From NCBI RefSeq assembly GCF_036321535.1, contig NC_087436.1, positions 4,464,001-4,528,000 of the forward strand: a stretch of DNA of 64,000 nt, given 5' to 3'. The notes beneath the pieces were generated by a model, which was given only the letters and a program-made list of their open reading frames with translations, did no database searches and was not told the origin of the DNA. The position numbers and the translations under genes were made by a program. How positions within the stretch are numbered: position 1 is the stretch's first letter; the number at the start of each line of letters is the position of its first letter. Below are positions 1 to 13,139 of this stretch, piece after piece. This DNA is from Camelus dromedarius. Lineage: Eukaryota.

Positions 1-194
1 TTTGAACGCTGTTTTCTTTGTTCTTCATAAAGACAATTCACTGTGCCTCCTTGGAGAGCCGTGGAAATCATTCTCAGACACTTCAAGGCACGCTTGCTTG
101 TGTCGGCCTGCATTACTTATTTGACTCACTTTACATGCCTTAACGTTTTGTAGGTGTCAGTTTGGAAAATAAGAGCTATTTTCTTTCCCCACAG

Positions 195-357
195 GCAAAG
201 CCATCTCTTATCTCTGCATGTGGGGGCGGCACGAACTCTCCCGCACGGGAAATGCTGCTCTTAGAAGCCCCGATGCCCACCTGTGCCCGGAGCTCTGCAG
301 CTGTGGCACGACGGGGCGGTCTGCACGCAGCACTCGGCGGGCCTTACGCACAGCCCA
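195..357 (+). pseudogene. Candidate (decayed?) exon, unknown product
   Basis: Strong acceptor tattttctttccccacag|G (AG at 193-194) and donor CCA|gtaagg at 358. CpG-rich. One open frame reads KAISYLCMWGRHELSRTGNAALRSPDAHLCPELCSCG... and is phase-compatible with the segment at 2044. No homolog recognised. Confidence 0.25.
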
Positions 358-794
358 GTAAGGGAAGCCGCATGCACCTCTGTGAAGTTTCAGGTGCTTC
401 TGGATCACTCCTTGCTCAGAGCACGAGGTCATGTTAGCCTGTTAATGCAGCTCAGCTTAGCACACTCTTGAGAACCATGTGGCAGCTTCTTGAATAGGGC
501 TGGTTATATCTTAGTTGGCACAACTTTGCTAGAACCCACGTTTGTGTCCGCTGTGGGAGGATGTAAAGAACATCACTGGACTGCGTGTCCAGAGATCCCA
601 GCTCTGCCGTTACCTGGGAAGGCAATTCCTCACTGGAGGGAGCAGCACCTCCTCAATGAGAGGGCCCCAAAGGCATTCTTAGGTGAGTCTGCTGATTTTT
701 CGGTAGCAACCTTACCAGATAAAGATACTATTATAAAGGGAATGCATTGTGTTCCAGGGTCTTCTATGATATTAATCTTTTTCTCTTTCTCTTT

Positions 795-2012
795 TAAACT
801 TTATGTTTAAGTCAGGTTTAGGATCACCGCAAAGCTGAAGGGGGGGGGGGTACAGAGATGTTCCCTACAGCCCCTGCTCCCTCTCACGCATAGCCTGCCC
901 CAGCCCAGCATCCCTCACCAGAATGCAACCACGAATGAACCTACACTGATACATTACAGTCGCCCCAAACCCCTAGTTGATCTTAGGATCCGCTCGTGGT
1001 GCTGAATCTTCTTTGGGGTTAGACAATGTACCGTGATATGTGTCCAACATCATAATCACACAAGGTATTTTCACTGCCCTAAAAGTCCCCTGAATTTTGC
1101 CCATTCAGCTCTCCCCTCCATCACCCCTGGGGACCACTGCCCTTTCCATTACCTCTGTAGCTTTGCCTTTTCCGCAACGTTCTACATTTAGAATCATTAA
1201 CACTTCGCCCCTTCTGTTGGGCTTCTTCGCGGTGTAATACATGTTTAGGGCTCCTCCCTTTCTTTTCGTGGCTCGATAGCTCATTAGCTCATTTCTTTTT
1301 AGTGCTGAATAATATTCCATTGCCTGGATGTGCCAATTTATTCATCCATTGTCCCACTGAAGGACATCTAAGTTGCTTCCAAGTTTTGGCAATTATGAAT
1401 AAATGTTCTATAAACATTTAAAATATTTACATGATGAACATGTGTGTGCAGGTTTTTGTGTGGACATCAGCTTTCAACTCCTTTGAGTAAACACCAAGGA
1501 ATGTAATTGCTGAGTCATGTGTTGAAGAATTACTAGTTTTGTAAGAAACTGCCCCAATGTCTGCCAAGTGGCTGGACCAGCCGTGAGTGAGGGTTCCTGT
1601 TGCTCCCCATCCTTGCCAGCACTTTGTGCTGTCAGTGTTCTGGATTTTGGCCATCCTAATAAGTATATCGTGGCATCTCGTTGTTTTCATTTGCATCCCA
1701 CTGATGACACGCGATCTGGAGCATCTTTCCACGTGCACTTTTTGCCATCTGTACATCTTTTCTGGTGAGGTGTCTTCTACAATTTGGGGCCCATGTTTTA
1801 CTTGCATTGTTTGTTTTCTTGTTGATTTTTAAGAGTTTTTTGTATAGAGTTGGGACAACACTTATTTATCAGATGTGTCTTTTGCAAATATTTTCTCCCA
1901 GTCTACTCTTCTAATTGTCTTGATGTTGTCTTTCACTGAGCAGGGTTTTTAACTTTAATGAAGTCCAGCTTATGGATGATTTTGTTCTTGGGTCAAATCT
2001 TCAGTATTGTAT
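795..2012 (-). mobile_element. LINE-1 3' portion, L1MC1-like (3' UTR plus end of ORF2), degenerate
   Basis: Resembles the L1MC1 3' end (ttttaggatcaccgcaaagctg...gaacctacactgatacattac...ttttcactgccctaaaa). The minus-strand ORF 1427-1807 (KTTRCHDILIRMAKIQNTDSTKCWQG) is L1 ORF2 C-terminal-like. Confidence 0.85.
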
Positions 2013-2043
2013 AGCATCCATGTGTTTTAATCTTCCCTCCTAG

Positions 2044-2542
2044 ATTTGTGTCTCCTTTTCACTGCCAAGACTCACAGGTGTGACCAGAATGTTCTATGAA
2101 CATGTGCATCACGATGTCACGGCTCCCAACCTCACTGTCTGTGTGAGAAGCATGCTATACAAGAAGAACAATCTTATATTTGGGAAAAAATAACTTCAGC
2201 CAAAGCTTTAAATTTCCTGTGTCCCTTCATACTCAAAAAGTCAAAGAAACATTGTTAGAGCCAGCAAAACAATTACATCCACCCAGAAAAAGAAGGAAAT
2301 GTAGGGACAATGGCAACAATTGCATCCTTGTCAAAAAACAAGAAGTGGAAAAGGAATTGCTGACTAACATCAAGACAATGGAAACAGAGCTCATTACTGC
2401 CAGAATGTGAAGGAACATTCCCTGGAGGAGGGCAGGGAGACTTTTTGCCACTGAGATTTTCCTAAATAACACGTGGCACTATGGAGGGATAAAGCTTCAC
2501 TATCATTTTCCAAGATCCTCTAGTTTTGAGGTGGAAAGATAG
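2044..2542 (+). pseudogene. Candidate decayed terminal exon, unknown product
   Basis: Acceptor ttttaatcttccctcctag| at 2043. The frame from 2045 runs 166 codons with three internal TGA stops (2081, 2144, 2408), is Lys/Glu-rich and contains PRKRRK. No homolog recognised. Confidence 0.25.
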
Positions 2543-3044
2543 CAAATGTGGTTTGGGTTCTGACCATTTCTTCCTACAAGGAGAATCTCCCTTGGGTTCT
2601 TTTTTGGACAGGAAAATAATAGTGATTTTTCCTTCTAAGTGTTGTGCCCCAAACCAATGTTTTACTGGGACTCAACTACACTGATTCAAGATCACCCATT
2701 AAGTGTATGTACCACAGACTGCCTTTTCAGTTCCATCACATCAGTCCCTTAAATCAGCCAAGGTGGTGGAGCAGTTATGCTGCAGAAACTGGCAAACACT
2801 TAAATCATCCCTCCCTACCACAGTCTGTTGTTGATGATTTACTGGCACACCATTGGCCTGACCCTGCACCCTGACACCCTGTACGCTACCCACTCCATCT
2901 TCACACAGAGACGACATCTCCTTGGTGATGCTGCATGCAGTTACTGGACCACTAACCTTTCACAGGATGAGAAGCATAAGGTCTTTTCTACCACGCAGGT
3001 ACGTTTCTTCTGTAGACTAAAGTAGTTTGTGTGTTCCTTCACAG

Positions 3045-3195
3045 TTTACAAAATACATTAACATTTATGGTCTCACTCCCATTTTTTTTTCACAACCTTC
3101 CCAGGTACAGTAGTTATTATTCCATTTACTATATGAAGAAAATACAGATTAGAGAGGTTGTTAGCTGCCCAAAGTCACAGAGCTTAGTCAGTTGG
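3045..3195 (-). mobile_element. MIR SINE fragment
   Basis: ttattattccatttactatatgaagaaaatacagattagagaggttgttagctgcccaaagtcacagag resembles the MIR core. Confidence 0.6.
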
Positions 3196-4757
3196 CTTTT
3201 GATCAGTCTTCTTTTCCCCTGTATTGTCATCCTATAGAAGGACAGAAAAATGATTCACATGTAGACATTTTTCATATATTGATTATAATCTTGATCTTTA
3301 TAGAAATTTATCTTGATAATGTTTTGAAATGCAAACTATTTGCTATTATTATAGCATTTAAAAAAATGTGGACATGACGGTAATAATAACTACCATTGAA
3401 CGCTTATTAAAACACTAAGCATTTTACCTGCATAATCTCATTCAACACTCCTAGGGCACCATGAACACTGATATGTATGTTAAGGAGAATTTGCCCAGAT
3501 CACGTGCCGGCAGGCAGCAGTTTGCAGTGTGGCTCCGACGCTGTGGGTTTATTGTGTGTAAATACAGCCTCACCTGTCGCTAAGTGCTTGCCCTTCCCGG
3601 TCTTCACTTCAAGAGCTTTTTCTTAGCCATATTAGCTTAAATGCATTCTGATTTGTGACCAAACATCTTTCAAACAATTCATTGCTCTTAACTTTAACAA
3701 TCTTCCTTTTCTCCCATGGCTTTTGCCATTTATTAATTCATTAAATTATTAAGTATTAATTCAATATTTATTCAGGGAAAAAAGGCAATGTCCGGTCCTT
3801 GTTAAGTGCACTGGTTCCGAAGTCAGTCTGAGTGGGACTGAATAAAATGGGACTATTAATACTCAGCTCAAAGGATTGCCTAGAAGATTCCATCTCAACC
3901 TTTTACAAATCAGGACTAGCGTGGTGAGCAATCAGGTCTGAGCAGCTCACCGGGGGAAGAGGCAAGGCTGCCTCAACCGCGAGCCCCCGCCCAGCCCCCT
4001 CCCAGCCCCTGGGGGAGGCGCTGGCTGTGTCCTGGATGCCAGGAAGCCCTGCGCACAGAAGACCCCGCATTAGTTCCACTTGGTTAGCTCAGATTAATGA
4101 GACTGATTGCATCTGATGAAAGCTCATGACTGTTAGAGAGCTCGGGTGGTGTCCACTGTGGGTGATTTTTGTCCCTGTGTTTCCTTGTGACATGACTCTT
4201 TACCCCATTACCTCCCTCCCACCCACCTTTTATTTTTCTGTCGCCAGGAAATCCACTTACGGAGGGTGTGAAATTATGTCAAAAATCAAGTCAGGCTAAG
4301 CCTGGAGCGCTTCCATCAGGAAGACACAGGAAACAGTGGTCTGAGGGGCAGGAATCACAAGACACAAAGCCCCCCATGGGTCCTTCTCCCAGGCACCCAA
4401 GGTGCTCCTGACCTTTCCTGGGCCCTCTCACAGTGAAAAGGCCTTCAGCCGCTTTGCTGTCATGAGCAGACTCTGTTTAGCAATGACAGTGTCTGCCAGG
4501 TGTGACGGTCTCAGCTCGAGGGATGACTGACAGGTGAAGGTCTCCTCTCTCAATCCCGGCGCTGCTCCAGACACCTGCAGTGGGGAGGGGCTGCCATTGC
4601 CTTCTCCTTTGATTCGGTGAATCCAGGCGCCTTCTCCCTGGAGCCGTTACAGACATCCCCCCACCTCCTGTGACTATGAGCTGTGGTTTCCAGCTGGCAT
4701 TTGTGACCCCTTTTCCAGCCCCTACTGACACAGGGACAATGTGGGGTGGAGGATGGC

Positions 4758-5269
4758 TGTGTCCCAGGTCCCAGCCGAGTCCCTGGGACATCCCATGACA
4801 AGTGTGGGTCCTTGGCTTCACAAAGAAAAGACTTCAAGAGTGAGCCACAGTTGAGTGAAGGTAGATTTATTCAGAGATGTGCACCCCAGAGACAGAACAT
4901 GGGCTGTCTTCCTGGAACGAAGAGATGCGGCCTCCAAGCACGGGGTCAGCAAGGAAGATGGGATCGGCCACGAGGTGCAGGGTTGTTAGTTTTTATGGGC
5001 TTGATAACTTCATGTGCCAACAGGTGGAAGGATTTTTCCAACTACTTTTGGGAAGGGGTGGGGGGGTTCCCAGGACGTGGGCCACTCCCCACTTTTGACA
5101 TTTTATGATCAACCTTGAAACTGTGAGAGGACCATTTACCACGTTACTATATCACATGGGGTGTAACTGAAGCTCAAGGCCTACTGGGAGTTGACTCTTC
5201 AGCCATCTTGGTGCCACTGGCCACGTCAGTCCTTGAATGGCTGTGCCCCACCCCTTCCCTCCTGTCTCA
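4758..5269 (-). mobile_element. ERV1 solo LTR, MER41-like (cetartiodactyl MER41 group)
   Basis: Minus strand runs TGAGACAGGAGGGAAGGGG...CCAAGATGGC...AAAAGTGGGGAGTGGCCC...CCATAAAAACTAAC...AATAAA...CA, with TG..CA ends and a 4-bp TSD TGGC/CGGC (one CpG-type change). Confidence 0.85.
4909..4917. promoter_or_regulatory. Perfect GAS (STAT) motif TTCCTGGAA within the MER41-like LTR
   Basis: Exact TTCNNNGAA match seen in sequence; function is untested. Confidence 0.35.
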
Positions 5270-6462
5270 CGGCCATACATTCTGACCATCCTTCTCAGGG
5301 GGGCTTTCTGCCCCTTCCTGTGACCCTCCAACACAAGACGTCCATCACAGAACCCCTCCCACCCCCATCGAGTGCGGCCCACAGGCCCGCAGGAGCACAC
5401 ACATCTTAGAAGTGTTCTCAGATTCAGTGCACCTTCTCTCCAAAACACAACACCAGCACTGCTATGAAAGGTCACTTCCAGGAGCTTCGGACAATTGAGA
5501 TCCTTGGGTATCAGCCACCAGCTCACATCGCCCCTCAAGTGCAGGGCCCAGAGTAAGTTCTCAGGGGTCAATAGAGACTCCTCACCAGTCTTGACATGAA
5601 CACGGAGCTCTGATCCCTTCCCGCTGCTGCAGGGTGTGCTGGGAGGCGGGCACAGGGCACAACTCTCACCGGCCTCACCTTCCCCAGCCACTTCAGTTTC
5701 AAGACGCATGCACTTCCAAAGAGCACCTCAGCTTACACAGAGGTTCTGGAACCCCTCTGTGTGCTCTGCGTGGCTGGCGTCGTACCTTAACACGGGATGT
5801 CAGACTGGTGGAACAGTTATAATCTTAAACCCACTACTAAACCAAATTGGAATTACTAGTTATATTTAGATAATTTGTCTAGATATGTGACTTTATACAG
5901 GTGAAATATAATTGTCTTAAGACCAGGAAAACTTCCTTTTAAAAAAGTCTTGGTTCATGTAGAAACTCTCCCAGGACTGATATTATAATTGGGGGTAAAT
6001 TCATCAATAGATTAACTCATTAGCACACAGGTTTTTAAATTGTCCTAAAGAACATAATTAAGTTTTGGATGATGTGAAATTGGAAATAGTGTTTACAATT
6101 TTAGCATGTGGGACCTTAAGTCAGGGCAACCCTGACAGATATTAGAGGACAGATGAATAATTACTCCTGTTACTCTAATCCTGGGAGGTTTGCCAGATTC
6201 CAGCTGATTATGCTGCAATCAGGACATCCTGGTGCCTCGGTTGCCTGGCAACCATTCTCCTCCCAATTTTCTCCCTTCCAGAGGTGCAGAATACAATGCC
6301 ACTCAGGATTGAAGTCGGCAGATAAGAAATTCAATTTCATTACATCAGTCAGGGCTTGTTTTCTGTGGACACAGCCTGAGCTTTAATGTCAGGCAAATCC
6401 AAATTCAAACGTTGACCTTGGAAAAGATCATTAACCTCTTTGAGTTTGCTTTAAACTGAATG

Positions 6463-6875
6463 CAGGTTTCCCTTGCTGTCCTGAAGTTGGTCATACCCCA
6501 GGAAATCTTGTGCAAGCTGAAATGGCATACAGTGAAGGAGCAGTTACCCCAGGACACCTCTTGCTAACGGAGGCACAAGACAGATCACACTGCTCGCAAC
6601 ACAGGTCACAGCTGTGGGGCTTGACGCCGAGATGCTGAGGTCATTCCCGGGAAGGAGGTTGGCGGGTCCCTCTGACTGCGTGGGCTGTGAGTCTGTAACA
6701 GCTCAGTTCACTGCCAAACAAACACTGAACACTGTTTTCACATCCTGCTCTTTTTTTCATAAAAGCAAAATTCCTTTTCAGATATCTTTCCATGCAAAAG
6801 CACGTGCTAATGCAGATCTTTCCTAAAAGCAAGGTGGCATAAAGCGAACTTTTGGAAAAGGGGGGAGGGTGTCCG
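6463..6875. mobile_element. Non-autonomous TcMar-Tigger-like DNA transposon relic
   Basis: Degenerate terminal inverted repeats (caggtttccc... / ...aaagcgaacttttggaaaaggggggagggtgtccg), flanked by TG and TA. Confidence 0.6.
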
Positions 6876-7594
6876 TAGTTAGCCAATTAGTTGATTCATT
6901 TTTTTCATTCAAAAAAGTTACAGAGCGCATCGTTGTGGTCTGTCAGTTTTGCTGGGCAGTGGGATTAAATAGTGAAGAACAAGCAGTTTCCGGTCTGATG
7001 GGACTGAGGACAACTCACGAGGAGTAACAAGATGTTCATGGCTGGACCGCTGTCAGGAGTGGCGCCGGCAGGGAGGGTGGAGGAGGTTAGAGACCAGACT
7101 CGGGTGGTGAAACCAGAGGCGGTTTCCTGAAGAAGGGACGTTGAAGGTGAGGGCCCAAGCTGCCTTCCAAGAAGAGGCTCTGCGCTGCAGAGAAGCCAGC
7201 GTCGTGGGGCGCATTAAAGCAAGAGGAGGGATGAGGCTGTGCCTCCAGGGATTTCCATATTGGGCAGATTGCAGGGAAAACAGCGAGATGTGGAAGACTC
7301 AGCCGGCTGAGGACCCCCGGACACCGAGTCCCAGGAGTCCTCGCTGTGAGTGGAGCTGGGGCAGCTCAGATCTCTGAAGCCCTGGCCTGTCTGGAGACGG
7401 CTGTGATGGGCAGGACCACCCTGGGGGATCCTGTACTTTCTATTTCTTTCCAGAGCAACCCGTGTAAAGCCCCACAGGTGTGTGCATGGATGTGCTAAAC
7501 ACCAAGGATGCTCGCTTGCAGTGTAAACCATGTGAATATGAATCGGAATCCTCAAGTCCTTAAGAGCCTGGCTTACGAGTAACTGTTTCCTGCT

Positions 7595-7678
7595 AAACCT
7601 CAACACGGTGTTGGGAACATACAGTAGGTGCTCATTAAATATGCGTAAAAATCTGTAGGACATGAATAAATGAATGCC
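7595..7678 (+). mobile_element. L2 LINE 3' end
   Basis: cacggtgttgggaacatacagtaggtgctcattaaatatg...tgaataaatgaatg is a typical L2 terminus. Confidence 0.6.
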
Positions 7679-10600
7679 TGAGGCACTAAAGAATGGCAGA
7701 ATAGGAAGCTGTTTACCAAATCCATCGCAACTCTGAACTGATTATTGTTTAAAATGACTTCATGAAGCCAGGAAGAAAGATTCCATGAAAATAGTAACCC
7801 TTGTTACAATGTCTACAGATTTCTGTAAACACATATCCAGTCTCTTGCTCTGAAGGCCTTAATTCTCTTGTTAAAATATTTATTTTTCCATTGTTATTTC
7901 AAACTTCTTTATAATAAGCAAAATATGACAGTTTATCATTGTTTGTAAAAGGGGAGAAAACTTCCTGTAAACCATGCCTTCATTAACTCTATGACCCCCT
8001 ACAGCACAGAGGGCATCCTCGTGACAAATTAGGATGCCTGTCACTTGGAGGAGGCAAATAAAATTGCACAGACCATGCAGCCGATCCCTGGGCATGGAGT
8101 GTTAGCTTCTAGGAAAGGGTGGACTTGCCCCAGTGGATGCAGGTAGAGGATATTTCTCAAATCCTGGTAATCTTTTTCTTTCTTACAATCTAGAGCCCAC
8201 GTACACAAAGGTATGGCAGCCCCATGTCACAGCCCCACCCCCCACAGTTAATTGAGTATTCACAGCCGTAAGTAAATTGATTGAATGTACAAATCTTTTT
8301 CAAACTCTCTTGATAATAACATACTTTAATACTTATGTTTTAAATTTAAAATCATTTCCAAAGCAACCCAAGCTAGCAAAAGTAAACACAGGATGATAGT
8401 AATTGAATAAAAGAAAAGAAAAATGCATTGTCAGCCCACTCACCAAGGGATAAACGCAGTGTTACCTTTGAGGGCATGTTTTAGACTTTGCTTCATTTTG
8501 TTTGCATGTTTACGTATTTCACATTTTTTTTATTGTGGTGTGCCATCCATGGTGTTCATCAGCCATTTTTAAGTATAACTTATCCACATGTAGATAAAAT
8601 TATTTTGTGTTATTTTAAGTCCATAAAAACATACATAACCACATAATTTATACAGAACACACATACACAATGTATAAAACATCTATGAGAATTTTGTCAG
8701 TTTCTGTTTCTTCACTTAGAACTAGCTTTCAACTTTTAATCCTTATAAATAAAATCAAGGTAAACAACACTAAAGTAAATTTTGCACGTATTTCTGACTA
8801 CTCTACCATACAGAAATGGAACATATTAACCAAGATTTTACACATTTTTTTGCACGTGATACCACTGCAGGATGCCCTCCAAAAATGTAAAAATGCATGC
8901 TCTCACTCACACCCACTCACATAACCATATTCTGAAACTAAGCCAAGGAGAAGATGTCCTGTAATGTGCAAAATTAAACTGAGTTAAAATTACATGTTAA
9001 TTTCCATTGATGTGCTAATAACAATAATAATCATTGAATTACATGCTGAGATTGAGGAAGAATAATGTCTCAGAATCGCCTTAGGGAAACAGGCATCTCT
9101 GCCTGGACAAGGGGCCACACCTGGCAGGAGTTTAAATCCGACTTCTTTGGAGGATGTCTGATCACAAGGCGGCTTGAGTGGGAAGCGCAGATGGCTGTCA
9201 AGGGCGTTCCGCTGGGTATCAAGCACACAGGACAGGCAGGAAAGGACCCAGCACAGGACGCTCTGGCTGACAGACGACAGTCAGCGAGACCATGCAGCAG
9301 CTGGTACTGCTCGGTGCCCCTCCAGGGTGGGAGCCAGCAGAAAAGGTGAGCTAGAACACATAGGTGTTTCTTACCCTCCAGAATCTTACTCATTTAAGAG
9401 GAAAGACGCAGACAGTGGGAAAATTCCACTGCCATACCAGGCAATATTTGAAAAATAACAATTGAGTTGCACAAGTCAGTATAAGTTGTAGCACTCTGGG
9501 GTGAGATGAAAACCATGTGCAGTTTAATTAGGAAGTTATGGGGGGAAAGTGAAATTTGAACTGGATTTTGAAGGACAGGCAGGATGGGGACAGGAAGACA
9601 AGCAACCCAAACAGTCAGAAATGAACGTGAAGGTCACCAGGTCTCCCCGGACCCTTTGCTTGGAATGGAGTGAGGCATCGGGTTCTGGGACAAGGAAATT
9701 CCACTTTAACTTATGAATCAAAGTGAGTCATTTGCAGGCATCTGTGTGGGGAAATAAATAAAATGAAATGAAAGTCACAGTTCAGCTGTTCATGCAGGCG
9801 TGCATAAGGATTTACTGAAGACCTCCCATGAGTTGCTCAGGTTTTGTTTATTGTTTGTTTGTTTGTTTAAGTTGCTGTACTTGTAAAGGCTACAGTTTGG
9901 GCAGAACGAGTCACTGAAATATTAAGTTATCTTTGGCTTTGCTGTCACAGACAAATCAGAGCTCATGCTGGGAGGGGGCTTTTCCTCTGTCCCATGTTCC
10001 CCTGTGCAGGGACTTGGGCTACAGAAATGCTTCTGGGCCCCTCCCTCCTATGTGGATGCGAGCTCACAGAGGGGGTGGTGCGGAGAGGGAATTTATCAGC
10101 AGCGCAGAATCCGAGCCCCTCTCGGGCTCTGTCTCCTGGAAACAGCCCGTCACATCCTCCCCTCCCTCCTGCTGTGCCCTTTCTGCGTGGGCTCTGCCCC
10201 TGCTGACGAGACCCAAGGTTGTCCAACTCCCAGTGACTAAGTGGGTCAGTGATTACCAGGAGGTAGTGTTTATAAGCCCACTTGACCACACATCTGAAAC
10301 CACTCTCCCCAGTCAGCTTTGCCGGGAACGAAGCTGGCCTTCGGCTCTCTCCCGGTACCTCTGACCACCTCCCTACTGGTCCTGAAACAATGTGGGGAAG
10401 AAAGGAACCGTTTGCCCCTTCCCATAACAGAGCTAAACTGTGATGTGAGCAAAACATAAGAAATGCCTAAGATGTTTTCTTTCAGGCTTTTGGGTTCTGA
10501 AAGCCCGAACTCTGGAGGAGGTTTTGTGCATAAGGTTGAAAGAATCCACACTTTGAAGGACCATAAATTGTGAAGTCACCCTTCAGATTTTTAGGAGATC

Positions 10601-10880
10601 AGACAGGGTTGTGCAGTAAGGGTTCTAGTGGTGAACAGTGTGGACAGCAGTGAATCAACAAGAAATCCTTCAACCGAACCCCAGTCAATGGAAGCACCTT
10701 GCAGCCACCGTGGCTGGCCCTTCCCAGGGGCTGGAGTTGGAGCTTGTCCTCTTCCTTCTCCAGCTTCCAGACATGCACCTCTCAGTCTGTGATGTCAGTT
10801 ATGCTTCACATTCTTCCAAAATATCCTGGACAGATTTCTCACCAGGTCCCACAAGATCAATAAAACCAAGGAATGCCTGG

Positions 10881-11234
10881 TATTATCGACTGAATGTCTG
10901 TGTTCCCTCCAAGTTTCTATGTTGAAATCCTATGTCCAAATGGAATTAGAAGGGGGGCTTTTGAGGGATGCTTAGGTCATAAGGGTAGAGCCCTGAGGAC
11001 TGGGACTGGTGCCCTTGTAGGAAGAGACACAGAGACCTGCTGCCTCTCCCTGCCCCCTGCCATGTGAGGACATGACGCGAAGTTGGCTGTCTGCAAACCA
11101 GGAGAGGGGCTCTCACCAGAGCCCAGCTGCCCTGGTGTCTGACCTTGGACTACCAGCCAACTGCAAGAAATGTTTGTTGTTGAAGCCGCCCAGTGCATGG
11201 TATTTTGTTGTTGCAGCTCAAGCTGATTAAGATG
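10881..11234 (+). mobile_element. MaLR solo LTR, MLT1A/MLT1A0-like
   Basis: gactgaatgtctgtgttccctccaagtttctatgttgaaatcct...gccatgtgaggaca...gccgcccagtgcatggtattttgtt...taagatg, with a 5-bp TSD cctgg/cctag. Confidence 0.9.
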
Positions 11235-11289
11235 CCTAGGAATTTATGTTCAAAGAAGAGCATGGAACTGCTTTATCCAAGAGCATGTT

Positions 11290-11840
11290 CTACCACTGGC
11301 CCCTTGTCCGCTCCCCGTTAGCCACGCTGGCCTCCTCAGTGGTCCTTGAACTTGTCAGCCAGGCCCCTCCCTCAGGCATTTAGCCTGTGATGTCTCCTCT
11401 TCCCGTGGACCTTTTCCCAGATGTTTGCAGGCGCTGCTCCCTCACGTCAGTCAGGTCTCTGCCGGGATGTCTGCTCGCCACGAGCTGTCTCCTCCACTCC
11501 AGGGAACAGCGTCGCATGGTCCCTTCCCCTCCCTCTGCGTGGTCTACCCCTTGTCAGCTTTATTTTCCCCCACAGTCTTTCTTTTCCTTTTTTTAAAATG
11601 TGAACATCATGATGTCTTAACTCTGGGGGAAAGTTTCTATCTTCTTTTCTAACAGCTGTGACTTTCCCCATAGCTGTTAATAATTTGGGGCACATGTCAT
11701 CTTCACCTGTATGTCTGATTAGTGACTGTGCTCTCTCCCTATAAGTTAGATTCCAAGAGGTCAGGGACTGGTTTTCCTGCCTGTATCCTCAGGTCCATGC
11801 ACAGCACTTGGCATGTAGCTTGGACTCAATCAATATGAAG
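11290..11840 (+). mobile_element. L2 LINE fragments
   Basis: gccacgctggcctcctcagtggtccttgaac...; tgtatcctcaggtccatgcacagcacttggcatgtagcttggactcaatcaatat. Confidence 0.5.
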
Positions 11841-12784
11841 AGGACAAGCTCCAGTTAAAGGAAAAATGGGAAAAAAATGGCTAAGAGAGTCATGGAAACC
11901 TGATGACTGGATAGGGTGACAGAGAGCTATTGGTCTCATTCATAAAAACACGCTTTGCATCTTTCTTGTTTATAGTTTTTCCCTTTGCAGTAACTTGAAA
12001 TTATTCCTTAGTGGTTCCAGGAATGATATTTTTATCTACTCTAGTCTTGAGGGTCCTCCCCACATGTCATCCACAAGTCTTTTTGTAAATATCATCTTTC
12101 TAAAGGAGGAAAGAAACCCAATATCCATAGTTAGTCCTTTCCCCCAAGCCCATCCTAACTGCCAGGGTTTCAGACTTTTACACGGAGATATCAAGATCTT
12201 GGCATGAGATTTGTCAGCCTATGGCCCACAGGTCTTTGCAATTTCTTAAGGACACTGTATTTATGGGGTTTGTGTGTGTGTGTGTTTTGTCCCTGGGAAA
12301 GGTTGTATCAGTCAAATCATCTTTAACTTGCTTGCTAAATAAATCTAGTAACACAGGCAATACATCTCCCTGTCTTCTGTGGCCTACATTGTTAAAATGC
12401 AACCCACAAACAAGCCCGGGGATTGAGGGAGATCTTGATGCTGGGGGTCTGATTGCTCACTGACACGAGAAGCCTCAGGCAGGACTTTCTGCCTGGCCGC
12501 TTACGTGGCAGGCTACCCACACACATCAGCAACGATAAATGAGAAGAAAGGGCTTCTGCTGACGTGGCTCAAGTAAGTGGCCCACGCTGTCCAGGTTAAG
12601 ATAGGCTGCCGGTTATAAGCACTACTCTCACCTGTTTCTCACATCTTCTTGCACAGCTTTATTGTTTTATTTTGATTTTGGAAAAGTACAAACAAGAAGC
12701 AAAACTTTATCATGACTAGATTAAAATTCCCGTGCCAAGAAAGATATGATAATGATCAATGTTTTCCTTTAGAAGAGAAACTCA

Positions 12785-13032
12785 TTTTTTTTTAATTGAC
12801 GCATAGTAGATTTACAGTGTTAGTTTCAGGTGTACAGGAAAGTGATTCAGTTATACATAGACAGACATATATATTTTCCTTTCAGATTCTTTTCCATTAT
12901 ATGTTATTATAAGAAACTGAATATAGCTCCCTGTGCTCTACAGTAGGTCTCTGTTGTTTATCTATTTTATGTACAGTAGTGTGTATCTGTTGATCCCAAA
13001 CTCCTAATTTATCCCTGCCTTTGGTAACCATA
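12785..13032 (-). mobile_element. Cetartiodactyl-type L1 3' end, 5'-truncated
   Basis: Poly-T followed by aattgacgcatagtagatttacagtgttagtttcaggtgtacaggaaagtgattcagttatac...ccctgtgctctacagtaggt...tttggtaaccata. Confidence 0.9.
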
Positions 13033-13139
13033 CTTAGTGGATCATTCTTTAACTTGACTGTGGCCCTGTATTTTTAGTCTCTTCTGTAAAGGAGCACCCC
13101 CAAAGGCCATTTGGTGGAGCCTCTCCCTGGTGTTGCTGC

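Noticed and set aside
2044..2542. Selenoprotein-style TGA read-through
   Set aside because: No SECIS-like hairpin identified downstream and no selenoprotein similarity; mutational decay or chance is more likely
5152..5709. Longest ORF in the track (185 aa)
   Set aside because: GC-rich sequence running into an LTR, with a non-ATG start, no recognisable domain and no splice support
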